DNA of 64,000 bases, from assembly GCA_951406725.2 (NCBI GenBank), contig OX597815.1:19034001-19098000 (forward strand), in the 5' to 3' direction. This DNA comes from Octopus vulgaris. Taxonomy: Eukaryota. Below are positions 37,170 to 50,527 of the stretch, piece after piece. The position numbers were made by a program, and so were the translations under genes. The notes under the pieces were generated by a model that was not told the origin of the DNA, did not search any database, and was given only the letters and a program-made list of their open reading frames with translations. Numbering within the stretch: the first letter of the stretch is position 1; every line of letters begins with the position of its first letter.

Positions 37170-37349
37170 GATTGATCGTTAGCCACTACACACATTTTTT
37201 TCTCTCCTTGTTTTTTCTGTGTCCCTTTCTGTAAAAGAGCGTAGGCTCGAAACGTAAAATACTTTTTCTATTCCTGAGCGTTATACCAATACATCTGTAT
37301 GTTTTGTACACCACCTGTCTTCGTCTTTTGTTTTTTTTTCGTAAACTCT

Positions 37350-37352
<3 letters not shown>
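37170..37352 (+). mobile_element. Dispersed repeat with variant hammerhead motif, related to 1990-2200
   Basis: ttt-CTGTAAA-a-GAGC(gtag)GCTC-GAAAC-GTA-aaa at 37226-37259; flanked by (TA)n. Confidence 0.55.
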
Positions 37353-37424
<72 letters not shown>

Positions 37425-38115
37425 ATATATTATATATATATATATATATACGCAAAGAGAAAGAGAGAGGGAGATGTATGTACGTGTGAGTGTGAGAGTA
37501 TGTACAGAGAGAAAAATAGAAGATAGTTAGACGAGACGGTTGTATACACATATATAATATGTATGCATATTGTATGTAGATATATGTGCATATGTACGTG
37601 TTAGGGCCTTGCCAGAATCATTACAATGTTTGGCTTATTACGAAATTTATGCAATTTTACGTGTTTATATCAATTTGTAGTGGTGTAGAAACTGGTCGAT
37701 TTTCTCGAAAATGCTTCTCTTTACACTTGTCTACAATTTTCATGTCATATTTTACCATAACGATGAAATGTAAATACAAAGTACTGTTGTGAAAGAAATC
37801 GACTAGAATTTCAATATAAAATTCTGCCCCAGCTTGGCGGTAGTGAAATGTCTGAAAGCTGTAAGAATGGATTAAAAGATGTGAATGACGTGAATGACAT
37901 CCTTCCGCTGTATGAAATGTTGAATCGAAATAACTGAATTTAGAAAGTCGAACGGCAAGAGATTAATCATAATACTGTACAGTCCCAGTTGTGGTCGTTT
38001 AGCACTATCTGAGCCCTGATTTAGTAGACCTAATGCAGTGCAGTCGAAACATTTCTGTTGTCTTAGGGTTGTATAGGGCTACAGTATTTAATATGCCTAT
38101 CCTTATTTGAGAGAA

Positions 38116-38455
38116 TGTGAAAGTGCATGGCTCAGTGGTTAGAGCACCGGGGTTACAATCATGAGGAAGTGAGTTCGATTCCCTGACCGGGCAGTGGGTT
38201 TTGTTCATGAACGAGTCGCTTTATTTCACGTTGTTCCAGTTCACTCAGCTGTAGAAAATAAGTTGCGACGTCACTGGTGCCATCGGACTTTGACTTCCCT
38301 TTGAATAACATCAGTGGTGTGGAGAGGGGAGGCTCTCATGCAAAGGCAACTGTTGGTCTTCCATAAATAATCTTGCCCGAGCTTGGACCTCGTGGGGGGA
38401 AATTTCTAGGGTCAATCCCATGGTCATTCATGACCGAAAGGGGTCTTTAGCCTTT
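38116..38455 (+). mobile_element. tRNA-derived SINE (family D)
   Basis: tggctcagtggttagagc A box, gagttcgattccc B box, central ccagttcactcagctgtagaaa, ctttagccttta tail. Confidence 0.75.
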
Positions 38456-38654
38456 ATTTAAGCGAGCAGCGTGCGATTAAGGTGATGTAAAGCTTTCTAG
38501 AAGGTCGAGATATCACATAGAGGCTCACACTACACATTTTGTACTTTTTCTATTCTTTTTCTTTTGCCTGTTTATTATCGCTGGATTCACAGTACAAACC
38601 AAGGCTGTGTGCCGATGTTACCTCAACAAAATATTGCAATTTCAGAGGAAAAGA

Positions 38655-38812
38655 TAAGTCGAGTGCATCGACCCCAGTGCTCAACTGGTACCTATTTTAA
38701 CAACACGGAAAAAATAAAAGGCAAAGTCGTCTTCGGTGTAATTCGAACTCGGAACGTAAAGACGGACGAAACGCCGCTAAACATTTTGCCCGTCATGCTA
38801 ACAATTGCCACA
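38655..38812 (-). mobile_element. SINE family A, degraded
   Basis: atcgaccccagtgctcaactggtac...aggcaaagtcg...gaactcggaacgtaaagacggacgaaacgccgctaa. Confidence 0.75.
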
Positions 38813-39469
38813 GGTCACAGCTTTCTTCAGACCTAATATTGTTTGGGTTTTGTGTAGGGAAATGCAACGTCGTCTTGAGATAATTCGGGACATCATCGAG
38901 GATTCAATAACCCACTTTAACCCAAATTTCAAATGGTAACTTTTAGGGTTAAAATGTAAATATAAAAGAAAAAAAAAGAGCAAGTACCTCTTGAAGCAGA
39001 AAGTCCGAATACTTCATAAGATTACTTAAGCTTTGCATTTGCAGATTAAAAAGTTTAAAGAATATTTCACGAACAACCTTATCAGATTTTCATTCGCCTG
39101 CATTGAATATATTAAAGAAGGGAGAAAATTGAAATCTAAGTTATCATATAAAATAGCAGAAAAATAAAATATGAGATTTCCAAGCATTCATGAGAAATAG
39201 TTACTAAGGTGTACACTGTTCATGTAATTTCCTACCTGAACTAAAAAAAGCAATACTTTTCTTAGTAGTAAGTATCGTTTATTAGTAAAATTCAAATGTC
39301 TATTTTTGTAGATTCTTCATTTCCTTCCTTTTAATTCATCTTCCTTATATATGTATTTTTATAAAACTTTTTCTTCTTAAATGAGCATTATCATCTTCTA
39401 AACCACTTCAGTTGTTCCTTCCCTTATCTATGCCATTCTATACATACATCGATGCGTATGTAACTATGA

Positions 39470-39523
<54 letters not shown>

Positions 39524-39586
39524 CGCACATATCTACACATATTAACATCCAAATATATATATATATACACATACATATATATATAT

Positions 39587-39650
<64 letters not shown>

Positions 39651-39826
39651 GTATAAATATATATTATACTATATAATGTTATTTGTCTCTATGTGTACAC
39701 ATATATAAGAGCGCAGCTGTGTTCGTGAGTGTTCGTGTAGATGTGCACTTTTCTAAAAATGTATGCCGAGCATATAATCAGGTATGTAAAAGAATAAAGA
39801 AAGACAGAAGGTCTGAACATATATAA

Positions 39827-39884
<58 letters not shown>

Positions 39885-40037
39885 CGTGTGTGTGTGTAAT
39901 GCGCATATATGCTTATAAATGTGTGCATATCTATGAATGTGAGGTGGAGATGTACGATTTAAATAGCAAGATTGATGTATATTTTTCCAGCAACATGCAT
40001 TCATAATTATTAATATATATATATATATGTATGTATG

Positions 40038-40085
<48 letters not shown>

Positions 40086-41317
40086 CATGTATATGTACAT
40101 AGATACATCTTTATATACGTATGAAGATGTATATATATGTACATATATATATATGTACATATATATATATATATATATATATAAACATATACATACACAT
40201 ATATAGATATAGATGCATATATGTATACACATGCACACAGACACACATAATTGTTTTGTGTGTCATCTCTACTTATATCCGAGGCCCCAAGGATCTGCTT
40301 CGTAATTCAGTTTGTATGTGTGCGTATGTGTGTATGTCCGTATGTGTGTGTATGTTTGTGTGTGCGTATGTACGTGCGCGTATATGTATGGTGTTTGTGC
40401 GGAATCTTTAGCTGGTGTATCTCTGTTCTGTTGGAGTCTTTGTAACATTACGTGAATGATTGTAGCATTCTGGTTGCATTACATAGAATGTGGAATGTTC
40501 GAGATATATGCATGTATATTCCCATTAAATGTCTCTAGGGAGACGTGAGCTATATTCCATAATTCTTTTGATGGTGCTTGCACAGCCGACCATCATTAAA
40601 TGTCAAACTATAGCTGATGTAAGATTTAAGGATGTAAGGAGTACTGGGTTCTGACAGTGTTTCTCATTTCTCTTTCCCTACATTACGAGTATCAACAGTG
40701 TTTAGGAAACTTTGAAATGTTCTATTGCCGTATGCTGGAGGGTTACTATACAGAGAATAGAAGCAGGAAGTATATTCATAGTGAGCTAATCGGAAATATT
40801 ATATATATATCAATTGTATAAATAGTGTAATGACTTGAATCACTTAAAAATAGTTTACAAAACAAAATTTCAGTAATCTATCTTAGTACACATTCTCTTC
40901 TGATAAAAGAGAGATTTTTTGTGTGTGTTTGTGTGTGGGGGTATGTTTCTGTGTGCGTGTGTATATGTGTGCGTGTAAACACACGCGAGTGAGCGAACAA
41001 GAGGATGAGAGTCGCGCTAATATATATATATGAATTTGCATCTATTGAGAAGAACTGATTAATTAGGCACCGCACAGAAAATTCTTTACATACACGTTCT
41101 AGGACGTGAAACAAGGCTTACTTTTTAGATATTTGAAAGCAAAGTGACTTTTCTTGACTTTGATTCCGAACGTTCGAGAAACTTATTGCAATTAAACACA
41201 CACACATCTACACATACATATACACATGTGTATGAGATGAGTGTGCGTGTCTGTAAGTTTGTGTGTGCGTTTCTGCTTTCGTTACGTCTATAGTGAACTA
41301 TAGTAACGGATATTTTA

Positions 41318-42703
41318 CGCCGTTTTAATGGGCCCACATCTAATGAAGTAGTCCTTTTTATTAATGGTGATCCCCATGAAAATCGTGATATTGTCATTGG
41401 TGCTCGAGATAAAAACCTTAAACGAGTTTCAGAGACACATCCCACTTAAGAGGCCCTCCAATTACCTCTTATTTTGTGGAATGGACAAGACGGGTATCAT
41501 TTCAATATTCCACAGATTGAACCTGCAACAGGAGAGCCAATTACAAACAAAAATGTTTGTTTCGTCAAATGACTTCTATTCTTACAAACTGATGTTAAGA
41601 TCAGAGCAATCAAATCAGTTACATATGTATCGGGATCTATTCCAGCAATACCTGGTTGATATGAATGCTAAAGCTGAGATTTAGCGTCTCCTGTACGTTC
41701 ATACATAACAGAAAAAGTTAAGGGCTAAAATTATGTTCATCTCCAAGATGCTCTGAGGACAAATGGTGATATTCAAAACATAGGGCAGCTTATAATCCTC
41801 CTATCATCATACATCATACACAGGTGGCCCTCGATGTATACAAGAACGAACAAAAGATGCTATGGCATATGTCAGGACATATGGAACACCAGATCATTTT
41901 ATCACTTTCACCTGAAATCCTAAATGAGAGGAAATAAAATCTAACCTTTTTCCAGTGTTGCAACTTCTAGTATTGCAGCTACACTCCTCGATGGGCGAAG
42001 GACTGTTCATTCCATGTTCACGCTCCTTCTAATTTTACAATGAAAGGATCTGAAATGTGCAACATTTCCAAAAACTCTGCAATGGCAACAGTTCTCCAAC
42101 AAACTTGCCTCGTTGTTTGGGATGAGTGTACTGTCACATCGTGGAGCACCAGAGGTACATGACCGTATCCTCCAAGACATAAAAAACAATAGCACGCTCA
42201 TGGGAGTTGTAAAAGTCCTTCTTGCATGAGATTTTCGCCAAATATTTCCAGTTATCTCCAATGGATCAAAATCTTATGAAGTCAATGCATGCTAAAACAA
42301 TTCTTACCTTTGGAGACATGAAAAAAACTTCATCTTACAAACAACACCAGAGTACTTCTACAGGCTGATCATACGAACTTCTTAAGATGTTAATGGGATA
42401 TTAACATTCAACTTAAGACTTCAGAAACATGAAATTACATGCGATCAAATGGTACTTTTTCTTAGGGATATTATGGAAAAAGTACTTCCAAATTTAGCTG
42501 TCAATTGCAATGATATAAACTGGTTATGTGAAAGAGCTATACTAGTTCCAACTAATGAAATGTTTGAAAAACTCTATCATGACCTTCTTCATAAGTTAGC
42601 AGATACATCAGAAATTACTTTTCGATCAATTGACAACCGGCGATCAATGTCAGGTCGTTCAATACCCTGTTGAATTACTGAACACAGTTACACCAACTGC
42701 GAT
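41318..42703 (+). pseudogene. Helitron Rep/PIF1-like helicase pseudogene with a large internal deletion
   Basis: RRFNGPTSNEV...RDIVI...LKRVSETHPT*EALQLPL...GQDGYH; LFQQYLVDMNAKAE; YTGGPRCIQERTKDAMAYVRTYGTPDHFITFT*NP (Helitron_like_N); then ATSSIAATLLDGRRTVHS, VWDEC, *DFRQIFPVI, WLCERAILVPTNE, QYPVELLN (PIF1 motifs). Many stops and frameshifts. Confidence 0.92.
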
Positions 42704-42704
42704 G

Positions 42705-42859
42705 CTTTTAGTCAAAGAAATCGATCCCAGGGCTTATTATTTGTAAGCCTAGTACTTATTCTTTGGGTTTTTTATGCCGAACCGCTAAGTTTCGGGGACG
42801 TAAACATACCAATATCGGTTGTCAAGCGGTGAAGGGGGAAAATACATACACACACATAA

Positions 42860-42954
<95 letters not shown>

Positions 42955-43099
42955 CACATATATATATAGTTTCAGAATGCCAAAGCCACGTCAGTAGGCC
43001 TGAAAGTGTAATAGGAGACACTTGCCTAAGGTGCCACACGGTGGGACTGAACCATGTGATTAGGAAGCAAGCTTCATACCACACAGCCAGACCTGCACC
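42705..43099 (-). mobile_element. SINE family B
   Basis: tgtaagcctagtacttattc...gccgaaccgctaagtt.cggggacgtaaac...gacacttgcctaaggtgccacac.gtgggactgaacc. Confidence 0.8.
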
Positions 43100-43326
43100 T
43101 GCAAAGGTAAGATCCAAAGAACAAGATGTAGGATGTTAATGAGATTCAAGCAATCCGTTGAAGATATGAAAAACAGTATTCAGGAACTGCAGTGGTTTAT
43201 TGACGCAGAAGGTGGCGAATGTTTCCTATATCTAAGTACGATAAGCTGAATAAGTTAATTTCATAGCTCACGGTTACCAAATGGGTTGTTGTATACGCGA
43301 AAACACATTAAAAAATTAGGGAAAGA

Positions 43327-43360
<34 letters not shown>

Positions 43361-43379
43361 GTAATCCTTCGCCATATCA

Positions 43380-43472
43380 CGGTTCATCTGTCGTGCACTT
43401 AGCGCATCGCGGTTCACCTGTCACGCACTCACCGCGTCGCGGTTCACCTGTCGCGCACTCAGTACATCACGG
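43380..43472. repeat. GC-rich 30-bp minisatellite, 3 copies
   Basis: cggttca(t/c)ctgtc(g/a)(t/c)gcact...c(g/a)tc(g/a) units starting at 43380, 43410 and 43440. Confidence 0.85.
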
Positions 43473-43917
43473 ATTTTCCTGGAAAATATATGTAAATTTA
43501 TATCGCAGACTCCTCAGTATAACCAGGTCTCTGCGGGAGGTGAGGATTAATAGTTTTTACATTTTAATTATTTCTGTGGGAGATTTTGGAACGTAATATC
43601 CTCGATAATCGAGGTATTACTGGATATCTTTTACTTTTACTTTCTTTCGTTTGTTTCAGTCACTTGACTGTGGCCATGCTGGAACAACCGCCTTTAATCG
43701 AGCAAATATATATATATACATATATATATATGCGTGCTCGTGTGGGGGGAGTGCGTGTGTAAATGAGGAAGAAACGCAATTGCAATGAAATGAAGACATA
43801 AATATAGAAGTAAAATACAAAATACTGAATAAATAGCTAACATAAACGAACACTGATGTGTATGTGCGAGCATACATTATACATACTGATCGAAAGCGTC
43901 AAAGAGAATAGATTTTA

Positions 43918-44311
<394 letters not shown>

Positions 44312-44641
44312 CGTAGCTACTTTCATACATCAATTCTGAAACATTCACACTTGCATATAACTTCATGTTGAAATCCTTAAAACTAACTCTACGATGCATG
44401 CATTTATATTAAAATTAAATATGTTGAAATGCATGCATGAGGAGGCTTTTATGATCGAATATCAAACAATATGTCAGGAATGGAACCCTCTTTAATGATT
44501 AGTTTGTGTATATTTCCCTATTTCTCTGAATTTCCCTTCATATATTACATCTCGAGTTTTTTTTTCTTTTCCTCTCTACGCATCTCTTGCAACGCTCTCT
44601 ATATTTGTACCTTTATTACTCTGTTTACGTGTACGTTGGTT

Positions 44642-44694
<53 letters not shown>

Positions 44695-44808
44695 CCCTAT
44701 TTCTCTCTCTCTCTCCCTTTCTTTCTCTTTCAAAGATATGTGTGTACGTATGTGTGCATGTGTATGTGTATTACATATTTTTTATAAATGTAGATATATA
44801 TGTGTGCA

Positions 44809-44866
<58 letters not shown>

Positions 44867-45221
44867 ACACATATGTATTTGTTTTATGTTTGTATGTATA
44901 TGAATATATATACATTTATATATATGCATATACTTACAAACATAAAACATATACACTTGTATATATATATATATGCGCACGCACACTAACAGATATACAT
45001 ACATACTTACATGCATACATACATACATATACATACATATATATATATATATATATGTGTGTATATATATATATATACATGAATGTAAATATATATGTAT
45101 GTGTGTTAGTACGTGTGCACATATATATATATGTATATATATATACATATACAAGTGCAGATGTTTTATGTTTGTAAGTATATGCATATATATATATATA
45201 TGTATATATATACATATATAA

Positions 45222-45253
<32 letters not shown>

Positions 45254-46611
45254 CCGTCCACTCTCCCGTGGACGGATGAATCTATAAATAAATATGTGTA
45301 TGTGTATGTGTGTGTGGTGTGAGTGTTTATGCATGTGTGTTTGTTCCTGTTTGCGCCCTCGTATTCATGCCTTACATGCCTTAAAATATTATGAACGAAA
45401 TGTATGTATTAGAGGCAAAATTTGCTACGTACAAGCTGATGCTTTCAAGTACATTTGCATTGATGTATGCAAATATGTGATGATTTCCATAGATTCCATT
45501 TCTCATTAAGCATCAATCATACTTATTCTAGATTATTTCCAGTGTTTCTCATACTCTATCCCTCTCTCTCTAATCTTGTCTCTTTTCATCATTCGTCCTC
45601 CTTTTTCTCTTCTTTTTGTCTCTGTATACTAACTCTCTCTCTCCCTCTCACCCTTCCTCTCCCTCTTTACCTTGCTAAATAATTCAGCACCGTCAATATG
45701 CATAAATCTTACCGAATGACATCCTCTAAATGCCTTTAAATTGTATACTCAATTCTATATATAAAATGTTAATGGCTGATGTTTGGAGAATGATTGTAGG
45801 GTAGGCCACTTATGATGCTACATTGACTTCAATAGATACTCTTTTGATAATAATAGCTCAAAAGGTATGGAAGACAGTCAAAACAGCAAAACAGTAAAAG
45901 TATTAGCACTGAATTTTACTTGGCAGCTTTCAAACTATTGTGTAATATAAAGCTGTTCAAAGTAAACATGGGGATGGTGTTGTTGATGACGCTATGACTC
46001 AACATACACATACACATACCACACATACTATGACCACACATACACATGCACACATAAGAAACATCTTAAGTACTAGTAACACCAATGATGATGCATTTAG
46101 TGTGATATATCTAATGTAAGGATATACATATATATATATATATATATTCACAATGACCTCGAACCCACAAGAGTAAACAAGAGAGACAGAGACAGGCAGA
46201 AACAAGGAAAATGCCACTTGTATTTGAACTCTATATAAATATTCTCTTGAAAAATCTTTTTTAATGTTTCTAAATTTAATTGTTCTCCATACTTAAAGTT
46301 GAAAAAGACTCAATGACTGAAAAGGGTACTGAAATGTTGTTTAAAAAATAATTTTAGCATTTTTGATCTTGATTTTTTTCCACACACATATATATATATG
46401 TAATATATATAATTTCTGAGTATATATATATACTAGAAGGTTTGGAGATGATGTACAGGTATTTTATATTAGAAGAAATGAGGTACTCAGAAATTCCGGA
46501 TGGCTTTATATTTAAAGATATTTATTTGTATATTACATGTTTTTATAACTTATATCATATATCACATATATAAGCGCTTTCATCCATTCTGGTGGAGTTT
46601 TCAAATTGAAC

Positions 46612-46671
<60 letters not shown>

Positions 46672-47408
46672 GTGCGTATATGTATGTGCGCGCCCACTTG
46701 GCTGTTGTATCAGGTTTGTGAGATCCTTGAGGTGAATTCGTGTGTTCAAACAAATCTTATGTCATGGGACAGTCGTTACACCAATAATAATAAACACACG
46801 CACTGGTTCAAAAACACTTCTTTATGGTTATTCAACTGGTTAAAAATCTGACCAGGTAATCGATTGTTTGCTTAGTCTACTTGTTAAACAATCTTTCAGT
46901 CGTTGTTTTAGATAAATTTCTTTCTTGGCTATTCGCGACTTTCTCGGTGACTTGCCCTCTCTCTGCTGCCTATAAATTGGTCTTATGGCAGTGTGTAGGT
47001 ATTGCTTCTAAGTGTGTATATAGATGTGTATTTGTTTGGAAGTGGAAGTAAGGGTGTGAGTAAACGTAGATTGTGTGTGCGTTCGTGTGTGTATGCATGA
47101 ATTTGTGTGTTTCCTTATGTAACTGTACTCTCGTATAGGTGTGTGCGTATAAGTATCTTCATGTGCGTGCAGTGTGACGGCCTTTTGGACAGGTAAGCGC
47201 CTGAGAGTATGTTTCCGTGTATGCATTTTGTGTGTGTATGTGTTCCTGCGTATGTGTGTGCGAGTGTATTTTGTCTGCGCTCATGTGCGCTCGTGTTCAT
47301 GTGCATGTCTCACACACACACACACACGCACACATACACGCACGCACACACACGCACACACACACACACACATACACATGCACACATAATAGATACGGAG
47401 TCACAGTT

Positions 47409-47460
47409 GCATCTGGCTGACGAGATATAACATATCGGAACACCAATGTTCCAGTATGGC
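47409..47460 (+). ncRNA. Type I hammerhead-ribozyme-like motif with all three stems
   Basis: CTGG-CTGACGA-GATA(taaca)TATC-GgAA-CA(ccaa)TG-T-T-CCAG: stem I ctgg/ccag, stem II 4 bp, stem III ACA/TGT; one core substitution (GAAA to GGAA). Confidence 0.6.
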
Positions 47461-47605
47461 GTGAGCCATAAAGCTCAGCGTGTCGAACACACTGTCGACG
47501 TATTAGATATTTTGTATCTAAAACTGAGAAGACGTTTTTAAGAATATATATATGAATAACTGTTACAGATCTCGTTATACACAATCTAAATAACTATTAT
47601 CTATA

Positions 47606-47677
<72 letters not shown>

Positions 47678-47690
47678 CATCCATCCATCT
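47606..47690. repeat. (TCTA)n microsatellite
   Basis: Directly visible. Confidence 0.95.
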
Positions 47691-47737
47691 ATGTACATAG
47701 CTACCTTGCTAGCTATATGCAAATGCATTCATACATG

Positions 47738-47780
<43 letters not shown>

Positions 47781-48314
47781 CATATATATATATATATATG
47801 GTGCCCCAGCATGGCCACAGCTCATAGGCTGAAACTAGAATCAATCAATCATATATATATATATATATATATATACACACGTCTTCGTCTTTTGTTTTCT
47901 GTAAATTTCAGCTATTCATACATATACCTATATGTGTGTGTGTGATCGCATGTATGTGTGAATGTGTGTGTGTGTGTAAGTGTGTGCGCGTGCGTGCGTG
48001 ATGCGTGTGTGTGTGCGCGCGCATGCGCAGTGCGTGTGTATGTGTGTATTTCAAGATACACGAAGATACACGAAGATACACGGATACTCTAAGATGCCTG
48101 TCATGTTCGTGCTTTTTAAGATGTTTTGGGGCCTTCAACATCACAACCTCCCGCCCATCTGAGTCGCCGGAGTTGATCTTTTCCTAATTTGCCTGTATGG
48201 TCCAAGCAAAAGCGTTGCACGCACCCCGCAGTATCTCGGAGCATCCGTGTGATATATCATGGCATTTCACACAAATATAAACTGTCACTGTCAATCTCTC
48301 TTTCTCTCTCTCTC

Positions 48315-48356
<42 letters not shown>

Positions 48357-48403
48357 ACATATATACATATATATATATATATATAAATGAGACATATATA
48401 TAC

Positions 48404-48458
<55 letters not shown>

Positions 48459-50389
48459 CATACACACACATACACATACATGTATATTATGTGTGCATTT
48501 GTATAGGATATTATAATTCTATTGTCTACAGAAGAATGCTTCTTGCCATCTTAAGGGCGCCAACCTATCTCCGCGCGCGCTTGTGTGTATGCAGCAAAAT
48601 TTTATTTACAGCTAAAATGTTTAGCTTTATCCTCCTTCGCAAAATAGCTATTTTCGATAATGGTGTCTGCAAAATATAATCTCTCATAAAAAGAAACAAT
48701 TTCAGAGTGAGACTAATTCAAATTATCCCTAATTTAAAAGAAATAAAAACTGAACGCACATGCAATGGTGATCCATTTATAGAGAAGGAAAAAAGAACGA
48801 AAGAGAAAAAATGTAGAAAGAAAGAATAAAGAATAAAGAATGAATGAATGATTGGATGGATGCATGGATGCATGTATGAATGAACGAATGAAAGAATGAA
48901 AGAATGAATGAATGAGACCGCAGCGAAGAGCCTGTAATTTTTTCAGTGCTTTCAGCACCGGTGGACAGAGATTAACAACACATGGAAGGCCACCTGCCAG
49001 TGTATTTCCTCAACGTAGGTATTCCAACAACGAAAGGAGGTCGTTGACTTCAACAACTATGTATATTGTCTTACTGAGTGTAAGAAAACTATCCCAACAC
49101 GCAGGAGACAACCTGGAATGCTCCAAACAAGATCCACGACATCTGGCAATCAAGTTTACTGCATCAGCATACCTGGCCTTCTTCAGAGTATGAGTATGGA
49201 GCGTACAAAAGGCTGCTCAGGAGAAAGGCAAGATTGATGCTTTTTGCTACAGGCACACAACACAAAAAGAGAACCTACTAATACTAATAAGAGATAGCTA
49301 TTTGTATCCTCTTAGCTTTCTTAGATCTTCATTTTGATAGTGTAGCCTGGTGAGTGGTGGAACGCATTTTTGATACAGCCGCTTGAGGAAGATACATACG
49401 TGCATGCATACATATACGTGGTGGTGGGAATTGTGCGTGCATACATGTATTTATATATGTATATGCATATGCATTTATGATATATATATACATACATAAA
49501 TACATACACACACTTATATGTTAGTGTGTGCTGTGTGTGCTCTGTGTGTGTGTACGTGCATACGATACCATATGATGTTTACAATATGCAATGTCATAAA
49601 CTTTACATTAAGGAATTGTTTTAGTAATGTTCCAAGAATTGATATCAGTATTCAGAGAATTCGGATAAACTTAATATCACTAGATCACTTAGAAGACATA
49701 TATGTGCTTCAGTTTGAAACAAATGATAATAAAATGAATTTGATGATAATATTTGCTACATTGAGAGTTAGAGAAAATAATAATGTTCTGTTATACAGTT
49801 AACATTTCAGAGCCTGGATGCAATATTGAAGTTTAGAAGGAACAATGCCTAGTTAATATTTCCCGTTTGTTATCGCCTCACACACGCACTGAAACACACA
49901 CATTCGAATTCATTAGTGTATTGTTTATCTTAGGTAAAATTTTATATCAGTCAATCAGTTGTTATAAATAACATTCAGTAATATTATGGATGGTAAATGG
50001 AGATTCTATGATCTCCTCTCTTGCTTTGCTTTATTGGTAGAAGTTGAGTGAGGGTTAAAGAAGAGGAAGCAATAAATATACCTTTCTATACTGCATCAAA
50101 AGTTGTGTAAACGTTTTGATATACAAAACAGCTCTGTCATGCTCTGAGAGCCAAACGTAATATTTATGTTATTTTTACACTGCAGGCTCAAATATATGAG
50201 TTGTTCGCATTATTTCAAAATCCTTATTAATTTGACCACGAGGTTCTCTTTGATGACGATGAGAACTACGACAACGGCGACGAGGATAATGAAGGTGATG
50301 AGATGAAGTATTGCTGGTGATATCAATGATAATTACAAGATCATTCTCTTTATTTCTGATATAGAATTTTGACATGCATTAATTGTAAC

Positions 50390-50527
50390 CTTTAGAATTT
50401 CCATGCACGCTCCCATCAATTCCTTCCTACAATGTTTTATAGGAACAACTAAAGCAGCAATCATTTGGTCATAATCTGCAGGGTATTTATTTTCATTGCT
50501 ATTTTCTAAAATTACTGATATCAATTC
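50390..50527 (-). CDS. Candidate internal coding exon (138 nt, phase 0-0) of an unidentified host gene
   Basis: Acceptor gttgtttagtatgcattcag|, donor AAG|gttaca; open frame ELISVILENSNENKYPADYDQMIAALVVPIKHCRKELMGACMEILK with protein-like composition; no TE motif recognised. Confidence 0.4.

Noticed and set aside
48945-49290. ORF 48912-49193, or a minus-strand exon at ~49173-49246
   Set aside because: No recognisable domain; faint resemblance to a decayed RTE-like LINE 3' region; phase incompatible with the 50390-50527 candidate exon.
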